A stretch of 64,000 nucleotides of DNA from positions 175,587-239,586 of the forward strand of contig JANWVO010000038.1 in NCBI GenBank assembly GCA_025056865.1. Reading direction: 5' to 3'. This DNA is from Bryobacteraceae bacterium (GTDB lineage: Bacteria; Acidobacteriota; Terriglobia; Bryobacterales; Bryobacteraceae). The translations under genes were made by a program, and so were the position numbers. The notes beneath the pieces were generated by a model, which saw only the letters and a program-made list of their open reading frames with translations, was not told where the DNA came from and made no database searches. The stretch's first letter is position 1. Every line of letters begins with the position of its first letter. This document shows positions 25,730-35,109 of this stretch, piece after piece.

Positions 25730-26167
25730 ATGCCGTGGCGGCGTTCGCGGCTGCATCAGAGCTGGCTTGCACTGACCGTGTCGCTCACGCTCCATGTGGC
25801 GGAGGGCGCAGTGCGGGATTATCTGGCCTTCTACAACCCGCTCGCCATGTCGCTGCGCGACATGATGCTGTGGACGTGGATGCCGACGTTCACCTTCGCC
25901 GCATGGCTCGGCGGCTGGATCGCGATCCTCGCCGTGCTTTACGGAATGGCCTGGTTCGCCGCCTACGCGCGGGGCTGGATGGTCTGGGCGGCGCTGGCCT
26001 ACGCGGAGGTGATGTTCCTTTACGCAGCGGCCAAGCTTGGATTTGCCGTCTACCTGGAGAAAGGGATTCCCGGCATCTACACCGCGCCGCTGGTGCTGGC
26101 CGCTTCCGGCTGGCTCACCCTGGAGGCGCTGGCCGCTCTGCGTCAGCGCAACCGCCCCGCAGCGTAA
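25730..26167 (+). CDS. Hypothetical integral membrane protein (about four hydrophobic helices)
   Basis: Lower part of ORF 25607..26167, from the ATG at 25730. The composition is strongly hydrophobic and Trp/Ala-rich. I do not recognise a family. Confidence 0.45.
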   Translation: MPWRRSRLHQSWLALTVSLTLHVAEGAVRDYLAFYNPLAMSLRDMMLWTWMPTFTFAAWLGGWIAILAVLYGMAWFAAYARGWMVWAALAYAEVMFLYAAAKLGFAVYLEKGIPGIYTAPLVLAASGWLTLEALAALRQRNRPAA

Positions 26168-26447
26168 TCACGGTGGCGCCCCAGCCACCGGCTTCCGGCG
26201 GCGCATCCGAAAAGGACTCCACGTAAGGGCACCGCGCCAGCACCCGGCGCACCATCTCCCGCTGCACGCCGATGCCGCGGCCATGAATCACGCGGACCCA
26301 GCGGAACCCGCGCGCATGCACTTCCTCCAGCCACGCTTCCAGTGCCGCCTTCGCGTCGCGCGGCGCAAAGGCGTGCAGATCCAGCACGTCGCGGATCTCG
26401 AGCGGGACAGGCTCGCCGAAAGGCGTCTCGTCAGCGGGAGAACTCAT
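26115..26447 (-). CDS. Smr-domain protein
   Basis: 110 aa. LDLHAF...A..ALEAWLEEVHARGFRWVRVIHGRGIGV...VR..L matches the Smr (MutS2 C-terminal-like) domain pattern. Confidence 0.75.
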   Translation of the reverse strand: MSSPADETPFGEPVPLEIRDVLDLHAFAPRDAKAALEAWLEEVHARGFRWVRVIHGRGIGVQREMVRRVLARCPYVESFSDAPPEAGGWGATVITLRGGCADAERPAPPG

Positions 26448-28050
26448 GGATCTCGTACATCGCCACGCCGTGGCGGTCCGCGATGAGCGCCACCGACGCG
26501 CGCCGGTAGCCGCGCGCCTCGGCGAAGGCGATCAGCTTCTTCCGCGTGTCCGGGAAAACGTCCAGCCCCTCGCGCCAGGTGATGAAGAGCTGTTTGCGGT
26601 CGGCGAGGGCCTCTTCCAGCCGCTTCGCCGCCAGCGGATCCTCCCCAGCCCGCAGCACGAGCCCGTCGGCGTCGCCGATCATCGGGATGCGGTTCCTGCC
26701 GTAGAAGATGATCTCGTGCAGGATGCCCCAGTCGGCGGCGAAGGCAGCGCGCCCGGGCTGCGCCTCAAGGAACTGCACCAGTGTCCGGGAAGCGTCGGTC
26801 CACACCTGCGCCGGTCCGCAGGCGATCATGTGCGCCAGATACGTGTTGAGAACGGCGGCGTTGGACAGCGCGCAAAAGGCGAACACGGCTGCCACGGCGG
26901 CGCGGGCCAGCCTGCCGGCGTTCGCCAGGAGCGCCGCGGCGGCCAGCGCCGCCTGCAAGTGCAGCAGCGGCCACAGCAGGATGGCGTGATGCACGCTGCC
27001 GCCGGCATCCCGCGTCCACGCCATCTGCGCCCAGGCGAGCACAGCGGCGGCGGAGATCAGCAGCGCGACGCGGCGCCGGGGTGAGCGCCAGCTCAGAACC
27101 GGCGCCGCGGCCAGGGCGAACACCAGCAGCAGCGCCTGCCAGCTCCGCCGCGGCGAACCCAGCCGTTCGGCCATCCGCAGCGGAATCTTTTCTTCCTCGC
27201 GCAGGTCCGCCGGCGGACCCTCCGGCGACTCGCGCACCAGGTAGCCGAACAGCCCGCTGCCGTCCAGCGTGCGGTCCAGCACCACCGCCTTGCCGAGTAC
27301 GGCGCGCAGCTCGTCGCGCAGCGCGGTGCCGCGGAAGGTGCGGAATCCGGTGGTCAGGTTGTAGTGCAGGAAGGGCGCGGCCCCGAGCGCGAAGCCCGCC
27401 AGTGCCGCCGCCGCCAGCCTGCGGCTGCCGGCGATCTGCCGGATCTGCTTCGGGAAAAGCACGAGCAGGCCCACGCCGAAACCACCCAGCACCCACAGGA
27501 ACAGCGCCTTGTCCCAGAGGCCCAGTCCGGCGGCGAGGCCGCCCGCAAACAGCCACCGCCGCTCTCCGCCTTCGGCAAACCGCGTCAGCGCATAGAGGCC
27601 GGATGTCAGGCAGAGATGCTGGAGCACCACCGGGCCCCAGTCAAAGACCGAGGTGAGCAGATAGCAGGCGTCGGTGGCCAGCAGGGCCGTGGCCGCCAGC
27701 GCCGCGCCAGGGCCGGCCAGACGCCGCGCCAGCAGGAAGAAGAGCCATACCGAGAGGGCGCCGAGCAGCAGCACGGGCAGCCGCAGCGTCCAGTCGCTCA
27801 GGCCCCAGATGCGGAACACCGGCGCATACAGCAACGCTTTCAGCGTGCCCAGGTAGCTCATCAGCATGGTGGGCACGCGGCCAGCCCACGGCAGCCGGAT
27901 CCATCCTTCGGCCACCTCCGGACGCAGCACGCCGTTCAGAAACAGCAGTTCATCGTACTGCGCGCCTGGGTAGGGCAGCAGCAGGAGCCCCGCCGCCACG
28001 AAGAAGCCGCACAGCAGCAACGCTGCGGCGGCAGGCAGGCGCTTGTGCAA
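26431..28050 (-). CDS. GT-C fold glycosyltransferase, ArnT/PMT (GT39/GT83-like) family, polytopic membrane protein
   Basis: ORF 26431..28128. The top 78 nt overlap moaA. A TTG at 28050 lies 9 nt downstream of GGAGG, so I take it as the start. There are many TM helices, and the early-loop YDELLFLNG and GLWDKALF motifs resemble PMT_2-type transferases. Confidence 0.65.
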   Translation of the reverse strand: MHKRLPAAAALLLCGFFVAAGLLLLPYPGAQYDELLFLNGVLRPEVAEGWIRLPWAGRVPTMLMSYLGTLKALLYAPVFRIWGLSDWTLRLPVLLLGALSVWLFFLLARRLAGPGAALAATALLATDACYLLTSVFDWGPVVLQHLCLTSGLYALTRFAEGGERRWLFAGGLAAGLGLWDKALFLWVLGGFGVGLLVLFPKQIRQIAGSRRLAAAALAGFALGAAPFLHYNLTTGFRTFRGTALRDELRAVLGKAVVLDRTLDGSGLFGYLVRESPEGPPADLREEEKIPLRMAERLGSPRRSWQALLLVFALAAAPVLSWRSPRRRVALLISAAAVLAWAQMAWTRDAGGSVHHAILLWPLLHLQAALAAAALLANAGRLARAAVAAVFAFCALSNAAVLNTYLAHMIACGPAQVWTDASRTLVQFLEAQPGRAAFAADWGILHEIIFYGRNRIPMIGDADGLVLRAGEDPLAAKRLEEALADRKQLFITWREGLDVFPDTRKKLIAFAEARGYRRASVALIADRHGVAMYEIHEFSR

Positions 28051-28055
28051 GATGG

Positions 28056-29060
28056 CTACCCTCCGATCGCGTACATCGGGCGCGGGGGCGGCACGAATCC
28101 CGCCTGCTGGATCTCGTGGCCGATCCACTTGGCCGCCACGGTGCGGCGGATGGTCTCGCGGATCTCGTCGTCGCTGGCTCCGCCGCGCAGCAGCCGCTTC
28201 ACGTCGGTCTCTTCCAGCGCGAACAGGCAGTAGCGGAGATGGCCGTCCGCAGTGAGCCGGATGCGGTTGCAGTTGAGGCAGAAGGGGCGGCTGACGCTGG
28301 CGATGAAGCCCACCGTGCCGTTGCCGTCCGGAAAGCGGTATTCGAGCGCCGGCGCGCGCGGGTCAGGATCCGGAACCGGCTCCAGCGGACCGAACTCCGC
28401 GGCGAGGATCCGCAGGATGTCCTCCATCAGCAGCACGCGGGACCTGTCCCACAGCCCCTGCGCATCCAGCGGCATGAACTCGATGAAACGGATCTGATAG
28501 CCCCGCTCCCTGCCGAAGCGCGCCAGCGGCACGATGTCAGGCTCGGTGAGCCCCTTCACTGCCACGGCGTTGATCTTGATGGGGCCGAAGCCCGCCCGCC
28601 GCGCGGCTTCCAGCCCTTCCAGCACGCGCCCCAGCTCGTCGCGGCGCGTGATCTGGAAGAACCGCTCCCGGTCCAGCGTGTCCAGATGCACGTTGAGCCG
28701 CCGCAGCCCCGCGCCGTAGAGCGCCTCGGCCTGCCCGGCCAGCAGCACGCCGTTGGTGGTCAGCGCGATGTCCTCGATTCCGGGAATCTGGACAAGACGA
28801 CGGACCAGGCGGTCCAGGTCGCGCCGGACCAGCGGCTCGCCGCCGGTGAGCCGCACCTTGCGCACGCCCAGCGAGGCCGCGATGCGGACGAAGCGCTCGA
28901 TCTCCTCGAAGGTCAGGATCTCGGCCCGCGGCACGAACTCCACGTCCCGTTCCGGCATGCAGTAGAAGCAGCGGATGTTGCACCGGTCGGTGACGCTGAC
29001 ACGAAGGTTGTCGTGCAGCCGTCCGTAGCCGTCGATCAGGGGTGCGTGCGGATGCTGCAT
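28056..29060 (-). CDS. moaA: GTP 3',8-cyclase (molybdenum cofactor biosynthesis protein A)
   Basis: 334 aa. LRVSVTDRCNIRCFYCMP is the radical-SAM CxxxCxxC cluster. The C-terminal FCLNCNRIRLTADG cluster and terminal GG are also present. Confidence 0.93.
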   Translation of the reverse strand: MQHPHAPLIDGYGRLHDNLRVSVTDRCNIRCFYCMPERDVEFVPRAEILTFEEIERFVRIAASLGVRKVRLTGGEPLVRRDLDRLVRRLVQIPGIEDIALTTNGVLLAGQAEALYGAGLRRLNVHLDTLDRERFFQITRRDELGRVLEGLEAARRAGFGPIKINAVAVKGLTEPDIVPLARFGRERGYQIRFIEFMPLDAQGLWDRSRVLLMEDILRILAAEFGPLEPVPDPDPRAPALEYRFPDGNGTVGFIASVSRPFCLNCNRIRLTADGHLRYCLFALEETDVKRLLRGGASDDEIRETIRRTVAAKWIGHEIQQAGFVPPPRPMYAIGG

Positions 29061-29091
29061 GGCGGCGCCCCGCGGAGGCGCAAATCAAAGT

Positions 29092-30045
29092 TTACCGCAG
29101 CGCCAGCATTCGCTCGAGAGGAATTCGCGCCCGCTCGATGAGCTCCGGGGCCAGCTCGACGCGCGGCTCCAGCCGGAGCAGTGCATCGCGGAGCTTCTCC
29201 AGCGTATTCCGCTTCATGTAGGGGCACTCGCTGCAATTGCACTGCTCGTTGGGGACGAAGTAGTAGCGCTTGTCCGGTGCGCGGCGCTTCAGCGTGTGCT
29301 CGACCCCGCTTTCGGTCATGATGATGAATTCCCGTGCGGGCTGCGCCAGCACCCATTCGATGATGGCCGAGGTCGAGCCGATGAAGTCCGCCATGCGCAG
29401 CACCTCGGGCGGACATTCGGGATGCGCCGCCACCAGCGCGTCCGGATGCTGCGCCTTCGCCGCGGCCAGCCGCCGGCCGGCGAACGTCGCATGGACGATG
29501 CAGGTGCCATGCCACAGCGTGATGTTGCTGCGCCCGGTCTGCTCCTTCACATAGCGGCCGAGGTTGACGTCCGGAACAAAGAGGATGGGGCGGTCCGCCG
29601 GGATCGACTCGACCACCTTCACCGCATTGCGGGACGTGCAGATGATGTCGCTTTCGGCCTTCACCTCGGCCGACGTGTTGATGTAGCTGACCACGACGTG
29701 GTCCGGATGCTTCCGTTTCCAGGCGCGGAGCTGGCTGGCCGGGCAGGCATCCACCAGGCTGCAACCGGCTTCGGCGTCCGGCACGACGACCGTTTTCGAA
29801 GGGTTGAGGATCTTGGCCGTTTCCGCCATGAACCAGACGCCGCAGAAAGCGATCACGTCGCCGTCGAAGCTCTGGGCGCGGCGGGCCAGCTCGAGGCTGT
29901 CGCCAACGGCGTCGGCCAGCTCCTGGATCTCCGGCTCCTGATAGTGGTGCGCCAGCAGGATGGCGTTGCGCTGGCGCTTCAGGTCCAGAATCTCGTCGAC
30001 AACTGTTTCCAGCAGAGGCATTTCCCGCGTCCGCCCCTCCCCCAT
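29092..30045 (-). CDS. nadA: Quinolinate synthase
   Basis: 317 aa. LLAHHYQ...IQELAD.VGDSLELA, FCGVWFMAETAKIL and CSLVDAC are typical NadA motifs. The start could alternatively be the ATG at 30021. Confidence 0.92.
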   Translation of the reverse strand: MGEGRTREMPLLETVVDEILDLKRQRNAILLAHHYQEPEIQELADAVGDSLELARRAQSFDGDVIAFCGVWFMAETAKILNPSKTVVVPDAEAGCSLVDACPASQLRAWKRKHPDHVVVSYINTSAEVKAESDIICTSRNAVKVVESIPADRPILFVPDVNLGRYVKEQTGRSNITLWHGTCIVHATFAGRRLAAAKAQHPDALVAAHPECPPEVLRMADFIGSTSAIIEWVLAQPAREFIIMTESGVEHTLKRRAPDKRYYFVPNEQCNCSECPYMKRNTLEKLRDALLRLEPRVELAPELIERARIPLERMLALR

Positions 30046-30071
30046 TGTAACAGCCGGGTGAAAAGGCGCCC

Positions 30072-30941
30072 CTACTCCTTTTCGATGTCGCGGTGGCTCA
30101 GACGGACCGAATATCCCGCCTTTTTCAGCCGGCGCTGCACCTCGGCGGCGATCATCACCGAGCGGTGGCGCCCGCCGGTGCAGCCGAACGAGATGGTCAG
30201 GTAGCTTTTGCCCTCGGCGATGTAATGCGGAATCAGGTACAGCAGCAGCGAGGTGATCCGGTCGAGGAACTCCACCGTCTGGGGGAAGCTCTTCACGTAG
30301 CGCGCCACCGCCTGGTGCTTGCCGGTCAGGCGCTTGAACTCCGGGATGTAGTTGGGGTTGGGCAAGAAGCGCACGTCGAAGACGAGGTCGCTCTCCGGCG
30401 GGAGGCCGTGCTTGAAGCCGAAGCTCATCACATAGATCTGAAGCCCGGCTTCGTCTTCGGTGCAGAAGGTCTCAACGATCTTTTTGCGCAGCTCGTGGAC
30501 GTTCAGCTCGCTCGTGTTGATGACATAGTCGGCCGCGGCACGGATGCCGGCCAGTTGCCGCCTCTCCAGCCGGACGCTGCGCAGCACGCTGCGCGCGCCT
30601 CCCAGCGGGTGCGGCCGCCGCGTCTCGCTGTAGCGGCGCACCAGCGCCTCATCATCGGCATCCAGAAACAGCAGCCGGGTGCGCAGTTTCTTCCTGAGCC
30701 GCGCCACGATCTCCGGCAGCCGCTGGAGCTGTTCCCGCTCGCGGATGTCGACCACCAGCGCCGCCCGCCGGATGTTGGGCGAATCCTTCGTCAGTTCGGC
30801 GAACTTTGGAATGAGGTCGAGCGGCAGGTTGTCGACCGAATAATAACCGTGGTCTTCCAGCGCCTTGAGGACGGTCCCCTTGCCCGATCCGCTCAATCCG
30901 GTGATGATCACCAGCTCGGGCGCAGGGGACCGTCCGGCCAT
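30072..30941 (-). CDS. rapZ: RNase adapter protein RapZ (P-loop NTPase YhbJ family)
   Basis: 289 aa. VIITGLSGSGKGTVLKALEDHGYYSVDNLP and the C-terminal GCTGGRHRSV motif are both present. Confidence 0.92.
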   Translation of the reverse strand: MAGRSPAPELVIITGLSGSGKGTVLKALEDHGYYSVDNLPLDLIPKFAELTKDSPNIRRAALVVDIREREQLQRLPEIVARLRKKLRTRLLFLDADDEALVRRYSETRRPHPLGGARSVLRSVRLERRQLAGIRAAADYVINTSELNVHELRKKIVETFCTEDEAGLQIYVMSFGFKHGLPPESDLVFDVRFLPNPNYIPEFKRLTGKHQAVARYVKSFPQTVEFLDRITSLLLYLIPHYIAEGKSYLTISFGCTGGRHRSVMIAAEVQRRLKKAGYSVRLSHRDIEKE

Positions 30942-30943
30942 CG

Positions 30944-31552
30944 TCAGGCTTCCACGAGGTCCACCGCGCCGTCGCTGCGCCGGATCAGGATCTGGAGCCG
31001 GTCGGTGTCCGCGTCCCGGTAGACGAGATAGTCGCGGCCGTCCTCCATGGCCAGCATGGCCTCCTCGAGCGTCATCGGCTTGCCGTTGGCGCGGGAAGAG
31101 GCGCGCACCACGCGCGCCGGCCGGAGCTCTTCGGCCTCTTCCGGCCCGGCCGGGGCGGCTTTCTTCTTTTTCGCCTTGCGGCCTCCGGCAGTCTCCTCCG
31201 CCGCTTCCACCGTCTCGGCCGCCGCCAGCGCCTCCTCCTTGCGCGGCGACTTCGAACGCTTCAGCTCGCGCTTCTTCTCCAGCAGCCTCAGCGCCTGCTT
31301 CTCCACTTTCTCCACCGCATCCATGATGGCGGTGAACTGGTCCGGCGCCGAGCCTTTGCCGAACAGGGTGTGATCGTAGAAGTTCACCCGCACCTCCGCA
31401 TGGCGGAGGTGCCGCTCCTCAGTCAAGATGACCTGGGCTCCCTTCTCGCCGCGCCTCTCGAGCAGCTTCGAGAGACGCGCGAACGCCATGGCGAGCTTTC
31501 GCTCCTGCGCCTGCGTCAGCTTGTCCTGTTTTCCGGTGAATGTGATTTTCAT
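30944..31552 (-). CDS. hpf: Ribosome hibernation promoting factor, long form
   Basis: 202 aa. An N-terminal S30AE/YfiA domain is followed by a K/E/A-rich linker and a C-terminal dimerisation domain (KPMTLEEAMLAMEDGRDYLVYRD). It lies immediately downstream of rpoN. Confidence 0.9.
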   Translation of the reverse strand: MKITFTGKQDKLTQAQERKLAMAFARLSKLLERRGEKGAQVILTEERHLRHAEVRVNFYDHTLFGKGSAPDQFTAIMDAVEKVEKQALRLLEKKRELKRSKSPRKEEALAAAETVEAAEETAGGRKAKKKKAAPAGPEEAEELRPARVVRASSRANGKPMTLEEAMLAMEDGRDYLVYRDADTDRLQILIRRSDGAVDLVEA

Positions 31553-31607
31553 AGGCGTTGCCTTTCCATTCCCGGCGCAAGACGCGTCCGCGGGAAGGCC
31601 GCAGCGG

Positions 31608-33188
31608 TCAGTCCTTCACGCGGCGGTGGTGCGTCGAGGGAATCTTCATGTCCTCCCGGTACTTGGCTACGGTGCGCCGCGTCACCTGGATCCCCTGCTT
31701 CTGCAGCGCCTCCGCAATCTGCTCGTCCGTGAGGGGCTTGCGGGGATCCTCCTCCTCGATCATCTTCTTCACCATGCGCTTCAGCGTCAGCAGCGGGATC
31801 GACCCGCCTGAGGGACCCTGCACCGCTTCCGAGAAGAAAAACCGCAGCTCGAAGACGCCCTGCGGCGTGTGCGCGTACTTGTTGGCCACCGCGCGGCTGA
31901 CCGTGGAGGGGTGCACGCCGATCTCTTCGGCCACGTCCTTGATCATCATCGGGCGCAGCGCGTCGATGCCATTTTCGAAGAACTCGCGCTGCCGCCGCAC
32001 GATCGCCTCGCAGACCTTGAAGATGGTCTGCCGGCGCTGCTCGATGTTGCGGATCAGTTGCAACGCGCTCTGGTAGCGCTCCTTGACGAAATTGCGCGTC
32101 TCCTTGTCGGCACCCTGCCCGGGATCGAGCAGCCGGCGGTAGCTGCCGTTGATCCGCAGTGGAGGCAGGTCCTCATCGGCAATCTGGATGACGTACTCGT
32201 CCCCGTTCTTGAAGATGTAGACGTCCGGCTCCACCTGCCGCGCGCCCGGCCCCGAGTACTTCAGCCCCGGCTTGGGATCCAGATGCCGGATGACGTCCAG
32301 CGCGATCTCGATATGCTCCTGCGGACGCCCGAGCAGCCGCGCCAGCTCCTTCACGCTGCGCGACTCGACCAGCTTCAGGTGGTCGCGCACGATCTGCCAC
32401 GCCACCCCGTCCCGCGCGCCGCGGCTTTCGAGCTGCAACAGGAGGCACTCCTGAAGCGAACGCGCCCCCACGCCCGCCGGATCCAGCCGCTGCACCGCCT
32501 TCAGCGCCTCCTCCAGCGCCGCGCGCGAGAAGCCTTCCGACTGCTCGATCTCTTCCAGCGGCACCGAAAGGTACCCGGTCTCGTCCAGGTTGCCGATGAT
32601 CGCATCGGCGGCGGCGCGCACCTCCTCGTCGAGCACCACCAGCGCAAGCTGCTGCCGCAGGTGCTCGCTCAGCGTGACCGGGGCGGAGAGGAACAGCTCG
32701 AAGGACGGCTTTTCGGTCTCCTCCGTGCCGGGCGCGCGGAAGCCCGGGTCCATCCACTCCTCGAAGTAGTCCCCGAAGTCGACCTGCTCGAACGGGTCGG
32801 CCGCCTTCTCCGCCGCCGAAGCTCCGGCTTCCTCATAGGAGGCCGCGTCCGGAGCGGCCTCGGCCTCCGCGGCCGCCTCCTCGGCGGGCAGCCGTTCGCC
32901 CGCCTCCGCCGCCGCTTCTTCGGCCGCGGCCAGAGTCACCTGGAGCACTTCCGTGTCCGACGGGTTCGGATCGCGCTCGGCTTCGAGCATCGCCTGCACT
33001 TCGGCCGGGGTCAGCTCGTCGCCCTCATCATTGACCTCGAGTACCGGGTTGGCCGCAATCTCCTGCGCGATCTTCTCCCGCAGCTCCAGCTTGTTGAGCT
33101 GGAGCACGGTGACCATCTGCACGAGCCCGGGCGTCAGGATCTGCTGCTGCTTGACTCCCAGTTGCAGTCGCTGCGAGATCAGGCTCAT
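31608..33188 (-). CDS. rpoN: RNA polymerase sigma-54 factor
   Basis: 526 aa with a Gln/Leu-rich region I, an acidic region II, and the C-terminal RpoN box ARRTVAKYR (here VTRRTVAKYRE). Confidence 0.95.
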   Translation of the reverse strand: MSLISQRLQLGVKQQQILTPGLVQMVTVLQLNKLELREKIAQEIAANPVLEVNDEGDELTPAEVQAMLEAERDPNPSDTEVLQVTLAAAEEAAAEAGERLPAEEAAAEAEAAPDAASYEEAGASAAEKAADPFEQVDFGDYFEEWMDPGFRAPGTEETEKPSFELFLSAPVTLSEHLRQQLALVVLDEEVRAAADAIIGNLDETGYLSVPLEEIEQSEGFSRAALEEALKAVQRLDPAGVGARSLQECLLLQLESRGARDGVAWQIVRDHLKLVESRSVKELARLLGRPQEHIEIALDVIRHLDPKPGLKYSGPGARQVEPDVYIFKNGDEYVIQIADEDLPPLRINGSYRRLLDPGQGADKETRNFVKERYQSALQLIRNIEQRRQTIFKVCEAIVRRQREFFENGIDALRPMMIKDVAEEIGVHPSTVSRAVANKYAHTPQGVFELRFFFSEAVQGPSGGSIPLLTLKRMVKKMIEEEDPRKPLTDEQIAEALQKQGIQVTRRTVAKYREDMKIPSTHHRRVKD

Positions 33189-33359
33189 CTGCCCTCATCA
33201 TACCCCACGAGTGGCGGAATCCGACCCGTGATTCGCCTGACCCGCACCCCGGAGTTCGCCGGACGGGAAGGGCGGGCAGACGCTGCGCCCCCATGCCGCG
33301 CCGGCAGGCTCCACGCCGCTTTGCCAGCGCAGCCGGCGAGTGCGCCCGCAGCCGGATGC

Positions 33360-35036
33360 TCAGTCCCGGGTGGTACGTTCGAGGAAAACTTTGAGGCGGT
33401 GGCTGCGGCTCGGGTGGCGCAGCTTGCGCAGCGCCTTGGCTTCGATCTGGCGGATGCGCTCCCGCGTCACCGCGAACGCCTGCCCCACTTCTTCCAGCGT
33501 GTGTTCGCTGCCGTCCTGGAGGCCGAAGCGCATCTTGATGATCTTCTCTTCCCGCGGGCTGAGCGTCTTCAGCACCTCGGCAGTCTGCTCGCGCAGGTTC
33601 AGGTTGATCACCGCCTCCGAGGGCGACACCATCCGCTTGTCGACGATGAAATCGCCGAGGTGGGACTCTTCCTCCTCGCCCACCGGCGTCTCCAGCGAGA
33701 TCGGCTCCTGGGCCACGCGCAGCACCTTGCGCACCTTGGCCACCGACATCTCGAGCCGCTTGGCCAGCTCCTCGGTCGTGGGCTCGCGGCCCAGCTCCTG
33801 CTGGAGCAGCCGCTGCGTGCGCACGATCTTGTTGATCGTTTCGATCATGTGCACCGGGATGCGGATCGTGCGCGCCTGGTCGGCGATGGCGCGCGTGATC
33901 GCCTGCCGCACCCACCAGGTGGCGTAGGTCGAAAACTTGTAGCCGCGGCGGTAGTCGAACTTGTCCACCGCCTTCATCAGCCCGATGTTACCCTCCTGGA
34001 TGAGGTCGAGGAACGCCATGCCGCGGTTGGTGTAGCGCTTGGCGATCGAAACGACCAGCCGGAGGTTGGCCTCGATGAGCTGCTTCTTGGCCGAGTCCGC
34101 TTCCGCCTCGCCCTTCTCGGCCATCGCCAGCGTGCGGCGCAGCTCGGTGCAGGTGGCGCCGAAGGCGTGCTCCATGCTGGTGAATTTCTGCGTGGCCGAC
34201 CGCAGCTCCTTCTTCAGCTCGCGGGCTTCGGGCGAACCCGCCGCCGTGGCCTCCTCAATGGCCCGCTGGAGCCGCGCGATCTCCTTCTCCTGCGGAGCCA
34301 ACTGGTCCACCGCGGCGCGCAGCCGCCCCGCCAGATGCCGGTACACCGCCGAGGAAAGCTGCATGGCGCGGATCTGCCGCGACATCGATACGATCAGCCG
34401 ACCCAGCTCCCACCGCGTCGCGCGGTACTGCTTCAGCTTCGTGCGCGGCATTGCCGTCAGCTTGTTGCGGAGCTGCTGGATTTTTTTCAGGTTTTTCGCC
34501 AACTGCTCCACCTGCTCGTCGAATTCGTTCTGGAAGCGGTCGAGATCCTCGTCGGCGGTCATGATCTCCGGCGAGGCGAGCACGTCGCGCAGGTTGCGCT
34601 TTCCTTCGCGGACCTCGCGCGCGAGTTCCAGAATTTCGCGCATGATAAAGGGCGAACGCGACAGCGCCCGCACCGCCATTTTCTGCCCGTGTTCGATCCG
34701 CTTGGCCAGCTCGATTTCGCCTTCGCGCGTCAGCAGGCTTACTGCGCCCATTTCGCGCAGGTACATCCGCACCGGATCGTTGGTTTTGTCGGAAACCTCG
34801 GTATAATCGGCCTCGGAAAATTCGTCTTCCTCGGCTTCTTTCCGTTCTTCGATCCGCGGCTCTTCCAGCAGATCGACGCCCGCCTCGTCCAGTCCGGCGA
34901 GCAGATCATCCAACTCAGGCCCGGTGGTCAGTTCCTCGGGAACGAGTTCGGCCACGTCGTCATAAAGGACGTAGCCCTTCTCCTTGCCCAGATCGATGAG
35001 CTTCTGGAACCGGCTGTAACGTCCCTCCGTCGCCAC
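33360..35036 (-). CDS. rpoD: RNA polymerase primary sigma factor
   Basis: 558 aa. Regions 1.2 to 4.2 are present ([74 protein letters not shown]). Confidence 0.97.
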   Translation of the reverse strand: MATEGRYSRFQKLIDLGKEKGYVLYDDVAELVPEELTTGPELDDLLAGLDEAGVDLLEEPRIEERKEAEEDEFSEADYTEVSDKTNDPVRMYLREMGAVSLLTREGEIELAKRIEHGQKMAVRALSRSPFIMREILELAREVREGKRNLRDVLASPEIMTADEDLDRFQNEFDEQVEQLAKNLKKIQQLRNKLTAMPRTKLKQYRATRWELGRLIVSMSRQIRAMQLSSAVYRHLAGRLRAAVDQLAPQEKEIARLQRAIEEATAAGSPEARELKKELRSATQKFTSMEHAFGATCTELRRTLAMAEKGEAEADSAKKQLIEANLRLVVSIAKRYTNRGMAFLDLIQEGNIGLMKAVDKFDYRRGYKFSTYATWWVRQAITRAIADQARTIRIPVHMIETINKIVRTQRLLQQELGREPTTEELAKRLEMSVAKVRKVLRVAQEPISLETPVGEEEESHLGDFIVDKRMVSPSEAVINLNLREQTAEVLKTLSPREEKIIKMRFGLQDGSEHTLEEVGQAFAVTRERIRQIEAKALRKLRHPSRSHRLKVFLERTTRD

Positions 35037-35109
35037 GGTGACCTCGCTGAACGACCCCTTGCTTGGCGTCTTCTTATCCTACACCACGCCGCGGAGCGGC
35101 ATCGCGCGC

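Noticed and set aside
26115-26167. 53-nt convergent overlap between the membrane-protein ORF and the Smr ORF
   Set aside because: It probably reflects loosely conserved C-terminal tails in two GC-rich genes, or a mis-called end. There is no structural signal such as a terminator within it.
28051-28128. Upstream extension of the GT-C glycosyltransferase ORF into moaA
   Set aside because: It overlaps the moaA 3' end. A TTG with a well-spaced GGAGG lies at 28050, immediately after the moaA stop. The start remains uncertain, which is why I flag it.
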